From assembly GCF_006345805.1 (NCBI RefSeq), contig NC_043011.1, positions 31,756,464 to 31,820,463 on the forward strand: a DNA stretch of 64,000 nucleotides, written 5' to 3'. The notes below the pieces were generated by a model. That model did not search any database and was not told the DNA's origin. It worked only from the letters and a program-made list of their open reading frames with translations. How positions within the stretch are numbered: the stretch's first letter is position 1; the number at the start of each line of letters is the position of its first letter. The translations under genes were made by a program, and so were the position numbers. This stretch comes from Octopus sinensis. Its lineage: Eukaryota. Of this stretch, positions 1 to 12,170 are shown piece by piece.

Positions 1-59
1 GTAGACTTGCCAAGGAAGAATATATGCTGTTGTTTTGCTCTGAAAATCTGCTATCTAGG

Positions 60-1200
60 TCTCCCAAGCTTTCATCAATGGTGGCAAAATAAATTTTGCG
101 ATTAAAGGTTATCCAGTCATCTTGTGATGGTACAAGGGCTTTGGCAACATAATCTGAAAAACATTAGGACCAACAATCTTGGAGTGATTTTCTATAACAG
201 AAGCAATGGCACTGAATTGACCCAACCACCTATGCTACATAAGACATGGCAATGTAAACCCTTGACTGGTTAATAAAATTATGAAGAATATTAATGGTGT
301 CGAAGAACATAGCTAATTCCGGAATCTGCTTTATTATGTTAAAACCATGACAAGATGCAACTGATGATTAAGACAATGAACATAGAGTATATGTTTTTCA
401 AGTTGATTCTGTATTTTTCTTTGAATGCCACCTATTTTGCCAGGCATCCCAGGAGCACCATTGTATCATTGAAGCAACATACGCTTTGGGTCAGTGCCAA
501 GGTTGGTTAATTCCTTAATTAACAAGTCGGCCAATGTTTCAGCATCATAACGTTGAGTAGTTGGCATGGCAACTAAGTTTTCCATAACCCTGTCATTTTT
601 CAAGTATTTAATAGCAATTGCAATATTTTCAGTATTACTCAAATCATGCGTTCCATCACATTTCAGCTTAAAGTAAGAAACATTGGAACATTTTATTCCA
701 TCGACAACAAGGCTGATGATATTTTGCATTGTTGTTGAGGTATAGGTCGCATTTTTTTGAATCTTGCTGTAACATCCTATTAGCTTTGAGTCTTTCTTTA
801 ATGTGTATTGGAATAATTTCATACAAAGACCACAAAGTTGCATCTCACCTTTCAAATAAAGATTAATTTTTGTTTCCTCAAAAAGGCAGTTCGTTTGCAC
901 AAAGAAAATGCACAATATCAACAACTGAATTGATATAGTAATGGTTTTTGCTCAATTGATCATTTTGCAAAAGTCTTTTTTTGAAAGAGAATACTCTAAC
1001 CATGGATGGCCAGTTTACCAGCTTGACGAGAAGTCATGTTTTTGATTTCCATAAATCTTTGGATCAAACTTTGCTAGAACTGGCTGCATTGGTTGGCAGT
1101 TGACCTATCGTAGGTCATCCAATGAGGGTGTCAAAGACTCTGCAAAACTAATACTGCCTTCCTTGAGCTGTGAAATTTCTTCATTTGTAATTCTCTATTG
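60..1200 (-). pseudogene. Decayed hAT transposase (TTF-type Zn finger + DUF4371/ZMYM1-like region)
   Basis: Minus-strand translation gives QPMQPVLAKFDPKIYGNQKHDFSSSW*TGHPWLEYS (TTF finger-like). ORF 466-924 has FKLKCDGTHDLSNTENIAIAIKY...LVAMPTTQRYDAETLADLLIKELTNLG. Stops and frameshifts are present. Confidence 0.8.
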
Positions 1201-2427
1201 TTTAGCATTAGATGAATCAGATTGGAAATTCAGCAATGATTGCTTCAGTTCTCTTTTTTGGCAGTGATTCATTATTGTACCAACACTCCGTAGTACACTG
1301 AACTAAAGGTATGCTTCGTTGAGTGATCTTACACTAATGTCGGTTGAATAAAAACTATTTAACACTTTATACTGATCTCTATATATGTAACGTCAGGGTA
1401 GGTCTTTTGTGGAATAAGAAACCAAGTTTTATGAATTTTAGGGTCAGTACTCTGGTTCTATATTCAGGTCAGTCACCAGACTTTGATGCTTAGAAGCATG
1501 AAAAGATTTCAATATGAACTTTCGGAAAATTATTCCATGAATCTTCTCGGCTGAAAAGGCCTTTCTGAATGTAAGCGCATCATGGCCCTCCTGAGTGGTG
1601 ACATAGGCTACATAATTCTTCTTCAAATTTTTAGCTAAATTCTGGCAATTTCTGTTAGCTTTATCAGCTACACTGCACGTTTCACCCCAATTCCCAACTT
1701 TTCTGATAACTATAGTTGTCATTAATCTGTTTGTTCATGTCCATGTCTCTTCAGATCTTCATTTATTCCAAATCTACCTTACAAGCTTTTATTGCAATTA
1801 AAAAGATGCATGTATAAACATCACCTTAGATCACTTCAGCACTACTCTAAATTCATTATTGCTCACATCTATACAAAAATTATTACAACGCTTTTCCCAA
1901 AACTGTTTACACCAAATGGTTAGCTTTACCTGTCTTCAGAGTAGTCCCGAACCAAATCTCTAAACAACAAATTAGAAGCGATGCAACTTAAGCAACCAAA
2001 CACTGCCAGAGTATGCAGTGTAATCCCAACCCCAACTGAACCATGATATATGATGTAATGGATTTGTTGATTGCTTCAAATGGTTTTTGAATTGTCTTTG
2101 TGCTGAAGTTAATCTCACTCAGAGAATGCCTGAACAATGTTAATTTCAAGTATGGCAACAGTTCCTCTAAAGTAACGAGTTACTTATGATAATATGGACT
2201 TACTTCCCTTGCCAAAGTGGTAAAAAAAATTTTTTTTTTTTTTTTTTTCCTTTCTAGTGTAACATATTCTTTTAGATAAAACTGCCAGAGACTGTGTTAA
2301 GCAGCGAGTCTGGTTGTAGTAGAAGTATTTTCTGGAACTGGCCTGAATTGCTATTTAATTTACTGGGGTTTCAGATCCTAAAGTAAAACTCATCAGTCTC
2401 CTTATTATTTTCACAATTTATTAGTTA

Positions 2428-2612
2428 GGTGCAGACAAGGTTGTGTGGTTAAGAGGTTTGCTTTTCAATCACATGGTTACAGGTTCAGTTCCACTGCATT
2501 CCATCTTGAGCAAATGACATCTACTTTAGTGTTGGGTGCGGGGGAAGGGGCAAAACCTCGTGGATTTGGGGGATGAAAACTGAAAGAAGCTCACTCTGTG
2601 GGTGTGTACACA
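2428..2612 (+). mobile_element. tRNA-derived SINE family 1, head fragment
   Basis: GTTGTGTGGTTAAG (A-box-like), GGTTCAGTTCC (B-box-like), ...AAACTGAAAGAAGC, matching the full copies at 20587 and 60154. Confidence 0.7.
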
Positions 2613-2818
2613 TGTATGCATGCTTGTATTTGTCCCATTGCCTTGGCATTTATATATATATATATATATATAGTAAAATCTAACCCTGAAGGACAAAATA
2701 GAGCATACAGAAAATAGGAAGAATGTGGACATGGGCATGCTCACCCCTCATCAGTTATGATCCAAAATCATCACAATTTTGATGCCTCATCAAGATTTGA
2801 CACATATGCATATACATA

Positions 2819-2855
<37 letters not shown>

Positions 2856-3189
2856 GGAAATTGTAGTTGTCAAACCTGTGCTGGTGGCACATAAAAAGCA
2901 CCATCCGAACGTGTCTGATGCCAGCGCCACCTTAACTAGCTTCTGTGCCGGGGGCACGTAAAAACACCGACCGATCATGGACGTTGGCAGCCTCCCCTGG
3001 CACCTGTGCTGATGGCACGTAAAAAGCACCCACTACACTCACGTAGTGGCTGGTGTTAGGAAGGGCATCCAGCTGTAGAAACTCTGCCAGATTAGACTGA
3101 AGCCTGGTGCAGCCTCCTGGCTTCCCAGACCCGGTCGAACCATCCAACCTGTGCTAGCACGGAAAACGGACGTTAAACGATGATGATGA
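2856..3189 (+). mobile_element. SINE family 2 with (GAT)n tail
   Basis: AAAAGCACCCACTACACTC...GTTAGGAAGGGCATCCAGCTGTAGAAAC...GGACGTTAAACGATGATGATG; more than 12 copies in the window. Confidence 0.8.
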
Positions 3190-3212
3190 ATGTCACTGTT
3201 ATTTATTTCCAA

Positions 3213-3585
3213 CTAGCAGTATCGCCCGGCGTTGCTCGGGTTTGTAAGGGGAATAGCTATAAAGTATTTTTAGAGAGTTATAGCCAAAAAATGCATTAAA
3301 AATGGAAAAAAAATTATGGTAAATTTTGTTTTAAATCGTTGACTCATCGTAGACATTTTTAGAGAGTTACTTCCCTTATATTAAAAAAGATATGCATTAA
3401 AATGGGAAAAAATGATGGTAAATTATTTTTAAATTCGTAGACTCGCGCTAATACCCAGAAGGGCTTGATATGAATCGCGACTATAAGATACCTGGTTTTG
3501 GTTAAACTGCACCGCAAAATGTGGGAGTAGTTAGGAATCTAAATCGGAGTAGACAGACACACAACCTTTCTTTTATATATAAAGA
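3213..3585 (-). mobile_element. Non-autonomous Helitron
   Basis: On the minus strand the 5' end is A|TCTTTATATATAAAAG and the 3' end is the hairpin CCCG-AGCAACGC-CGGG followed by CTGCTAG|T. These are canonical TC...CTRR termini inserted between A and T. Confidence 0.8.
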
Positions 3586-4733
3586 TATTCTGCAGAAACC
3601 TGTCTGGTCATAGAGAAATATTGCCTTATTACTTTCTTGGAAACATGAGGGCTTGTGACCTTAGAAAATCTGCCTCAATTAACTCCATGCAAGCATGGGA
3701 AAGAGGATTAAAATGATGACGATGATGATGATCCTCCTTTTCTGCTGTCTGAATTTAAAAGTTCATTCAACTTCTGCTTGTGTGAATTATGAGGCATTAA
3801 CAATTTTTGCTGTCTGTCACTCCCATACATCTGCTTTTGCTTGCTGATTGTAGAATATAACAAAAAAGTAATTGGTGGTTAATTATTTTTAGACTATATC
3901 AATGTAATTTAATGATGTAAAACATTTGATTGTGTGTGCCATAGTAAAACCTTGGGGTTGTTGATAACACAAAGGAAAAATAACATCTTAGCTTCTTTTA
4001 GTTGCTCCATTTGCTCAAATTTATTTTCTTAGTGTTGACCTGTCATATTAACCAGTAAATATCAGAGAGAGAGAGAGAGAGAGATGAAACTAAATCCACC
4101 TGGACTGCTCCAGCTTGGTGGTTAGCTTTGGAAGACCTTGTGAGAGAGAATGCTCATATGAAGTAGTAGATGACAGAGGATATGAAGGGATTGGTTGTAT
4201 GCTTAAAGATAATGAGCAAGTGGACTAGAAATGAAATTTAACAGTATGTGTTCATTGTGAATACTTTTGTTAGATAGAAAAAACAGGCCAACATGCTCAA
4301 AACTACTATCAGTATATCTTGCTATTTATCAGTGGTTAGGTATTCACTTGAGTGTCTTCAAGGTGTCTATAAAGAAAGTAAGAGCTGGGTTTGTTCTAGA
4401 GAGGAGCCACTCAGCTGCAGCAGCACAAAGGATAGAGTGTGAAAGCCATGAGGAGCTCTTCAATTATATTCATAATAGTGTCAAAAGAGGAAACATTTCT
4501 AAGGGATGGGATAATTGTCCAAAAGTAGATCCAGGTCACTTTTGTACTCTTATAAATTCTTATCCAAATAATTTTGCCGAGAATAACAGGATTTTCTTTC
4601 TTCATCATCATAATAAACAATGCCTTTAGTTACTGATCTGATTTGTTGCATTAGTTTCAAAAAAAAAAAAAAATTGATGTTGTATTTGTTTCTTATTTAT
4701 CATTTTCCTTTTTTTTTTTCTTCTTGTGTTTAG

Positions 4734-4850
4734 AAAGGAATCTTAATCCCAAAGCAGCATGTTTGAAGCGCAGGGAAGAAGAGAAGACTGAGGAGCTTCC
4801 TGGGCGGGCTTTGAGTGCTGATGAGATAGCCCAGCAGGCTGCTCTGGCAG
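4734..4850 (+). CDS. TCF12: E-protein (daughterless/TCF4/TCF12-type class I bHLH) internal exon: end of helix 2 and C domain
   Basis: Polypyrimidine tract plus TAG acceptor (4731-4733) and GTAAGG donor (4851). The 117-nt phase 1-1 exon encodes (E)RNLNPKAACLKRREEEKTEELPGRALSADEIAQQAALA(G). ERNLNPKAACLKRREEEK is the E-protein signature. The upstream bHLH exon lies outside the window. Confidence 0.95.
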
Positions 4851-6139
4851 GTAAGGTATGGCCACTTGCTTCTATATTGTTAGCACGGTTGGTTTATTTC
4901 AAGCTTCTTTTTATATTATTATCTTAAATTTGCACATGCATGCACGTGCGCACATAACATGCCCAACTTGAGTAGAACTAGGATATAGCTAACACTTGAA
5001 ATAGATTTAATCTATTTGTTACACACCTCTTATGACTAAAGAGTGAGAACACAGAAATCAGTGAATTCTAGCTTCTTGAGATAAGAGTACAGTTCTGGTA
5101 TGGTATGATAATACTTGAGTATTATCATCTTCAGTTCTGTATCTCTTAACTTCCTGGATTTTTCTCTCTCTTCTCTCACACTCTGTCACTAAAGAAAAAA
5201 GAACATTGAGAATTAGAGCACCATTTTTTACAACACTGTCAACTCTATTTCTATAACTACTTGACATAGAGTTCAAGAAAATTAGGATAATCTGTGTTTG
5301 CAAAATTCAGTAGGCAAGGAAGTTTAAGTTGGTATGTGGAATGGTTAAAGGGGTCACCTCCCTGCAGCATCTTGTTTTGATTTTAATGCAACTGTTGGTG
5401 GAACTCTGTTGACAACCACCATTTGGTCTTGTGTTATAACAGAGGGATATATTCCATTTTCTGTTTTCTCGTCCAACCTAAACTTATTTTACTTTAGTTT
5501 CAGTATTTTTCTTACTAAAACTTACAATTACTTGCTTGCTATGACATGCTTCCCAGGAGAAGTTTACCAAATATCAAAACACAGTGCTAAAATACTTTAA
5601 CTAAAACAATTATCTTTGCATGATTCTGTGCTTTATAACAGCTTCTGAGAAAGATGATTAACAGGTCTTTTTATTTATATGACATGATGTTTTATAATGT
5701 ATTCTAATATTTATGTTTGGTTATAATTTCTTTACTGTTGCTCCATTGCTTTTTTTTTCTGCTGTGTACTTATTGCTTGTACAGTGGTTTGCTTCTACCT
5801 CTTGTATATCCTACATCAATAGCTAGCATAAAATCACACTCTCAAAATAGCCCATCTTCACGGGAATATGGAAGCTGTCTTTGGCAGCTGGTGCCTGAAC
5901 CATAATGACATTATTTGGAATAATAACTGCTTTCTTTACTTTTTTTTAAGTTCATGGAAAACCTTGTGATTGTTTATTGTCTATTTTGTCTCTAAACTTC
6001 TAAATGAGATCACATTTTTAATCACCATATTTACATCATATACTGTGTCCCTGTACGAAAGATGCCTTTGTGCACCTCATAGTACTCATACTTTTCTGCT
6101 TTCCAAACTGCAGCGGATCCTTTTGATCCTTTGCCAAAA

Positions 6140-7440
6140 AATTTCCAACCAATTTGTGTGGTTCTCTTTTCCTCCTCTTCTAAACAGTGATGACTCTGTA
6201 AGCAGTACTACCATGGAGAAATTTCCCACCTTTATTGCCCACTTTCGTTCACTTCCGTACTAACACCTCCCCCCCTCCCGGCCAATCTACTCCATTTCAC
6301 TCCCCTAGGTGCTCCACTCTGCATACACACATGCCAGGTGCAGAAATACCTTCAGTTACTAAAAACAAACAAAACCACTGGCCTTAACAATGTCCCTTCC
6401 ATCACACTAAAGCACCTTCCAGCCCATACTATTATTAACAAACTTTTTTAATCCCTCACACTCTACAGGGATATATGCTGACATTTGGAAGCACGTGTCA
6501 GTGTGTACCCTCCAGAGTGAAAATAACCCCTTTTACCCAGCCACTAACAATTTAAGTTAATGGAGGTAACCATATTTTCTGACATCTCTCTCTTTCTCTC
6601 TGGCTCTCTCCCTCCCTTCCTCCCCTTCCTTCCCCCGGTAGAGGCCTACTCTCTTATATCACTCGTATAAGTGAGCTGTTGCTTTAGTGAAGTTTTGCTG
6701 AGGGCAATGTTGTTGCCCCAGACATCAACAAAAGCTTCTTACCAACAATGTTTGCCCATCTCTCATCTTTTGCATCAATACCTTCCCTATCAGCTTGTAC
6801 TTTGTGGCATATGTGGAGAGCGCTTTCTCGGCCACTCTCAGTCAATCCTTGTATTCCCTAGAGCTTGGTTTTGCTCCCAACTATCTTCCTTCTACACATC
6901 AAAGATCTTGCTGGAACATCTAATGATACCTACCCTTATGCAGATGACTAGATTCTTCATTCCTTCTTAACTTTCCCCCCATCAATGTGTCGTCCACATG
7001 CAGCCTAGACATTTCATACCAAACTGGCAATGATTCCTTTAATGGGGTCCTTTGCAGCAACCTTCAGTAGGATCATGCCAGGTTTTACTCTTTTAACATC
7101 AAAAAAGCTCCTCTGCCCATGTCAAGAAAACACCACCATGTCACCATTAAACACAAGCAGCACTCAGCTAGATGCCTCACAGTTGTTCCAAATGCTGGGC
7201 TGTGCTATCACCAAGGATCTTCCCTGGTAAAAGCACATCCTTAACATTGCTAGGACTGCATTCTACAAAACAGGCCCTTCTTTTCAGAGCCAGAAAAATA
7301 TTTCAGCCCTTAGAGGTGGGGGGATGCAATGCAGTATTGCTCCCACATCTGAGACAGTACTTCAGCAATGCACACAGACAGCCTGGACTTCCTTCAGGGA
7401 AGGGATGCTACTTAGGTATGGTGAAGTTATCCTCTTGAGT
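6140..7440 (+). mobile_element. Decayed CR1/L2/Jockey-like LINE reverse transcriptase remnant
   Basis: Remnant motifs KTTGLNNVPSITLKH, DINKSF (DISKAFD-like) and TATGCAGATGAC = YADD near 6937; heavily frameshifted. Confidence 0.65.
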
Positions 7441-7660
7441 CATCCTTACTCATAAGGGCCACTTTCCTGGCTTCATGACATATATATTCCCCACCTGGAT
7501 AGGACACCAGTCTGTCACAGGATTACTCTCTTTTGCCAGCTGGGTAGACTAGAGCAACGTGAAATGAAGTGTTTTGCTCAAGAACACAACGCATCACCCG
7601 GTCCAGGAATTGAAACCACAATCTTACGATCACAAGTCCAACACCCGTAACCACAGAGCC
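7440..7660 (-). mobile_element. tRNA-derived SINE family 4
   Basis: Reverse complement of the GTGGTTA...GGTTTCAATTCCTGGACCGGGTGATGCGTTGTGTTCTTGAGCAAAACACTTCATTTCAC head seen at 50324. Confidence 0.7.
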
Positions 7661-8269
7661 ACTATTTGGAATTCAGTTACTAACAGACATGTTCTAGCCT
7701 CTCTGGTTCACAGTCATGCTACTTCCTCTCTCTTGTCTTTTCTATCTCAACTATAATGGTCTCTGTTCTTCAGAGCTGGCTAGCCTCATACTTCCACCAC
7801 TCTGGCACCTTCTAATTCACTCATACTTCCACTTCCCAGCACAAACCATTATGCTTGGTTTTGCTTTCCCAGAGCACCATCCCCTAGAATCTTCTCCCTG
7901 CTTATGTCTTCAACTGCAGATGTTGACTTGTTATGAAACATTAATGGAAGCAGGCTCACCAGTCTTGGAAAGTCTGCTTTTTCCTCCAGACTCAACCAGT
8001 GAAAGTAAAGGAAACAAAAGATCCTCAGTGTAACAGTTCCCTCTTACATAAAAACCATTTTAAGCTTATGAGATAGATAATTACAGTACAGGTTGCACAA
8101 TTTTATGCTTGAGTTTTACCGAAAAACCTAGGATGTTTATACACAGGGCAAAGCTAAAACTGTGAAAGTGGGAAAAAAGTTTTGGACCAAGATTTTTCAC
8201 AGTTAATTGGCAGAATAAATATGGTGCTTTCTGTCCTTTATTGATTATTGATTTCAAATTTTGGCACAA

Positions 8270-8462
8270 GGCCAGCAATTTCAGGGGTGAGAGTAAGTTG
8301 ATTACATCGACCCCAGTGCTCAACTGGTACTTAATTTATCAACCCCAAAAGGATGGAAAGCAAAGTTGACCTCAGCAGAATTTGAACTCGTACTGTAAAG
8401 ACAGACGAAATGTCACTAAGCATTTTGCCTGGTGTGCTAACAATTCTGCCAGCTTGCTGCCT
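8270..8462 (-). mobile_element. tRNA-derived SINE family 3
   Basis: Reverse complement of GGCAAGCTGGCAGAA...GAGTTCAAATTCTGCTGAGGTCAACTTTGCTTTCCATCCTTTTGGGGTTGATAAATTAAGTACCAG. Confidence 0.75.
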
Positions 8463-8498
8463 TAGAAATATAACTTATTATTACCATGAGAACACATA

Positions 8499-8717
8499 CA
8501 AAGAGGTGCTGTAAAGTTCCTGGCTTTAGGGATATCGTGAAAGATCTGATTGGAGGCCCAAATTTCCAAGTTCTTTTCCAGGGCTTAGCAAAACTGAAGA
8601 ACCATTGCAATAAGTGTAAGAATCTAAGAGGAGATATATTGAATGAAATTATAATTAACTGATTCCTTCTGTATATTCTTCTACCCAAAACCAGGAACTT
8701 TTCAACACCCCGCCTCA
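8499..8717 (+). mobile_element. Mariner-derived MITE
   Basis: Degenerate TIRs (GAGGTGCTGTAAAGTTCCTGG / CCAGGAACTTTTCAACACCCC), TA flanks, and a mariner C-terminal remnant (KLKNHCNKCKNLRGD). A second copy is at 37021. Confidence 0.7.
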
Positions 8718-8789
8718 TACATATTGATATTGCATGTTGTTTTATCACAGGATTGTTTTCATGTGAAGTTTATTTTGTGTATTTTGCAG

Positions 8790-9082
8790 GTAGCACGGCG
8801 TTGATTCGCAGAAGTCAGCAACAACGAAGTGGTAGCCGATCTGGCAACACGGGAGGCTATGGTGGCAGTTATGCAGCTGGACAGGAAAATAGTCCTCTTG
8901 GATTTCAAGACACTGATATGACTGATAGCATGGGTTCTGTGGGTTCCAGTAGCTTGGGTTCCCCTGATCCAACAAACGGCAACATTATTCGAGCTGGCCA
9001 AGGCTCATCAGTCAGCACACATTTACTCAGCTCAATTATCTCTCAGGCTGCTTCTGCTTACCAAGGATCGGCTGCACCTTAG
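8790..9082 (+). CDS. TCF12: E-protein terminal coding exon
   Basis: TTTTGTGTATTTTGCAG acceptor (ends 8789), phase-compatible with the previous exon. Encodes (G)STALIRRSQQQRSG...AASAYQGSAAP then TAG at 9080-9082. Confidence 0.8.
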
Positions 9083-10816
9083 TATTTCCACATTTTTTTT
9101 TTTAAATACTACCGGACTACATTCAGTGTTTTGAAATCTATTTCTATAAATAGATGGCAACAATTACATTATTGTTTTTTTTTTTTTTAATCTTTTCCCC
9201 CCTTTAACACAAAGACTCTGAAGATGATTGTTTTTTTTTAATTTTTATTTTGTTCCTTTTTATCAAACAGCATTTAGAAGATAGCATATACATGGTATAC
9301 ATGTATATAGACTTGTTTGAATTTGGAAAGCCATAATTTTGTGTTGACTTACTTACTGTTATCTACAGTGCCCCCTTCCCCCCCTCCTCTGGAAGTTCTT
9401 TTCCGTTTTGGAATGAATTTGTTAGCATTTAATTTGATACATTTATCTCGATTCTTCCCGTTTCAAGTGGCATTGTCTATGGAAAGTGTTTAAACCTCAG
9501 AAACTAGCCAAACAATCTCAGGGGTTTACTGAATATAAGAGGGTTCCTTTTCAACTTTCAGTTGTAAATAACAAAAAAAAAATACACACAAAAAAAAAAC
9601 CAAAACAAAACAAAAGACTCTTCATCTCAACATTTCTCTTCTTACATTCGTTTCAAAACGCCAAATTAGAAACCTTTGGGGTTGGGGTGTGGAACAAAGC
9701 TTGATTGTCACTATTGATCTGTCACAATGGTTTTGATCCTAAATTAATTCTTCAGAGTCAAAGACATGCAGATATTAGTGGTGTGACATATCTCAAAAAT
9801 GATCTTGCCCATCTATACAGCCTAATTTTTTTTTCTTCATTATTTTGAATATTTCAAATGGAGATGGTTTCTTTTTTTTTTATTTTTCTTCTATTTCCTC
9901 AATTTTTAACCTTTCTATTATGTACAGTTATTAAGAAATTAAAAGCCAAAAATATTGAAAATATAGAAAAAATGTAAACCTTAAAAAAAAAAATCTAAAA
10001 ATAAATTCAGTTTTATTGTTATAACACAACACCCCTAAAAGATTACAGCAGTTGACGGACTCCCTCTTTTTTTTATTTTATTTTATTTTATTTTAATGAT
10101 GAAGAAAAGGAGATTGACTGTTGTGAACATATCATATAACTTCTTACATATTTGTAGTTCTATAATTTCTATTCCGAGCATCCAATTTGCATTTAAAGAT
10201 GGCGAATGTGTGGATACCTAAACTGAGTGTGAGATTGAAGAATGAAAAAGATTTGCATGCATTTGAGCATGTCCCATTCTGAATCAAGCATACATAAATA
10301 AGTCTCATTATTTTCATTCTCTCAGATTTCATCATCAATAGAAACCTGCATCAGGCTTCAACTTAAAAAGAAAAGAAAAAAATTGATTTACGATGCTTCA
10401 TTCACTATTTTGTATCAGTCCTGTTAACTTCCACTATCAGAGCACTATTTCTTCACTAACAACTACTGCTAAAAAAAAAAATATTGCTGCTGCTACTGCT
10501 GTTACAACTGCAACTATTTCTACGTTTTGTTTCTAATGAGTTTCATCTTCAACTGGCAACTGTTGATAATCTTTGGGGGTTTACTTTGTATAAATCTACT
10601 GTTTTATCTGCTGTAAATGAACCAGTCCTCAATCAATTGAATTATCAAGTATCATCACTGTCTATTCAATGTTACAGATGAAGATATTAACGCTTGCTGT
10701 CCTGGACCACCACACATTACTGCAATTTTCTTCTTAAGTTCAAAATAATGAAACTAAATAGAGAAGAGTAGAGGGTTTTCTTCTTTTTTTTTATATTTGT
10801 TTCTTTTATATATATA

Positions 10817-10857
<41 letters not shown>

Positions 10858-10993
10858 GTGGACCACCACACATTACTGCAATTTTCTTCTTAAGTTCAAA
10901 ATAATGAAACTAAATAGAGAAGAGTAGAGGGTTTTCTTCTTTTTTTTGTATTTGTTTCTTTTATATATATATATATGTGTGTATATATATATG

Positions 10994-11061
<68 letters not shown>

Positions 11062-11105
11062 TGTATATATATGTATGTATATATATATGTGTGTATATAT
11101 ATATG

Positions 11106-11138
<33 letters not shown>

Positions 11139-11439
11139 ATGTATATATATATAATTATGTTAATTGCATTTTGAAAAGTTAAGATTATAATTACTAATCA
11201 GGAAAAAATAAGGCTGCCGGTTTCATATAATACCTGTTTGATTACATAGTGGTTGGTTACCATTTGATGAACTCTGCACTAATTAATGAGCAGGACACTT
11301 GTTACCAATTACCAACTGATATTTTTTAATGCATACAATACAAATACAATTTACCTTGTCTTGCTCTGTTGTAGAACCAGCGGTTGTCTACATTGCTAAT
11401 TCAAGTTTGTTTTATGTATACTTTTGTATGTATGTACAG

Positions 11440-11470
<31 letters not shown>

Positions 11471-12170
11471 GAAGTCCTGAAATGCAACAATAATCCAAGC
11501 GGCTAAGTTAACAAGTGAAATGTAAATAAGGAAGGTTATGTAACTGTAGAAATGGCTGCTAGAGTTAAATCACTGAAAAAATTTCATTAACTTCCATGCT
11601 GTCTGTGATTCATTGTTGTATGAAGATTGTCTTCAGTGCAGCCACAAATTGTCTCCTCAGTCCTTCTCTTCTTTAGATCTGACAGTAAAAGATATTAAGG
11701 TTTGAGTTTGTTTATTTCCTGAAGTTAGACTGTTATTCTTCTTTATTTTTCTAAAGCAATATGTCAGCTTTTCTAAGATCTGAATCTCTTGTTCTAGAGA
11801 AATATTTGCAATTATGATAGGCCAAAATGCTAAACATGAAAGTGGAACTGGAGCAAAGAAGACAAAAATGACTCAAAAGTCAACAGAGTTGAATTTCTTA
11901 ACGTATTGCAAAACATTAAAAAAATTTTGTTCTTTTTTTTTTTTGTCATCTTTGGTTTAATATTTTTTTTTCTCCTATGAAATGTTTAGATCCATGGCAA
12001 GCTCGGTCCAGTTAGTTACAGGATTCTTTTTTTTTTTTTTTCTTTGTGTAGGTTTTAAGAATATCCATTATATATATTTTTTAAAGATCTAAAAAGAAAA
12101 AGAGACAATATAAAGTATAAGGTTAAAAACATTTTGCAATAATAAACTTGTATCTGTGATAAATTAACAC
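9083..12170 (+). other. Probable long 3'UTR of the E-protein gene
   Basis: Follows the stop codon, is AT/U-rich, and lacks the SINEs that saturate both flanks. Ends at a candidate AATAAA with T-rich sequence downstream. Confidence 0.5.
12141..12146 (+). promoter_or_regulatory. Candidate polyadenylation signal
   Basis: AATAAA at the end of the TE-poor block, followed by GT/T-rich sequence. Other AATAAA sites occur (e.g. near 10000). Confidence 0.35.

Noticed and set aside
1444-1722. 92-aa minus-strand ORF
   Set aside because: No recognisable domain; it sits among transposon debris, antisense in an intron.
4267-4629. 120-aa ORF just upstream of the E-protein exon
   Set aside because: Non-ATG start, no bHLH similarity, and no convincing splice context.
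5100-5136. Minus-strand CUGAAGA followed by a 9-bp hairpin
   Set aside because: No GAAA after the hairpin; an isolated stem-loop.
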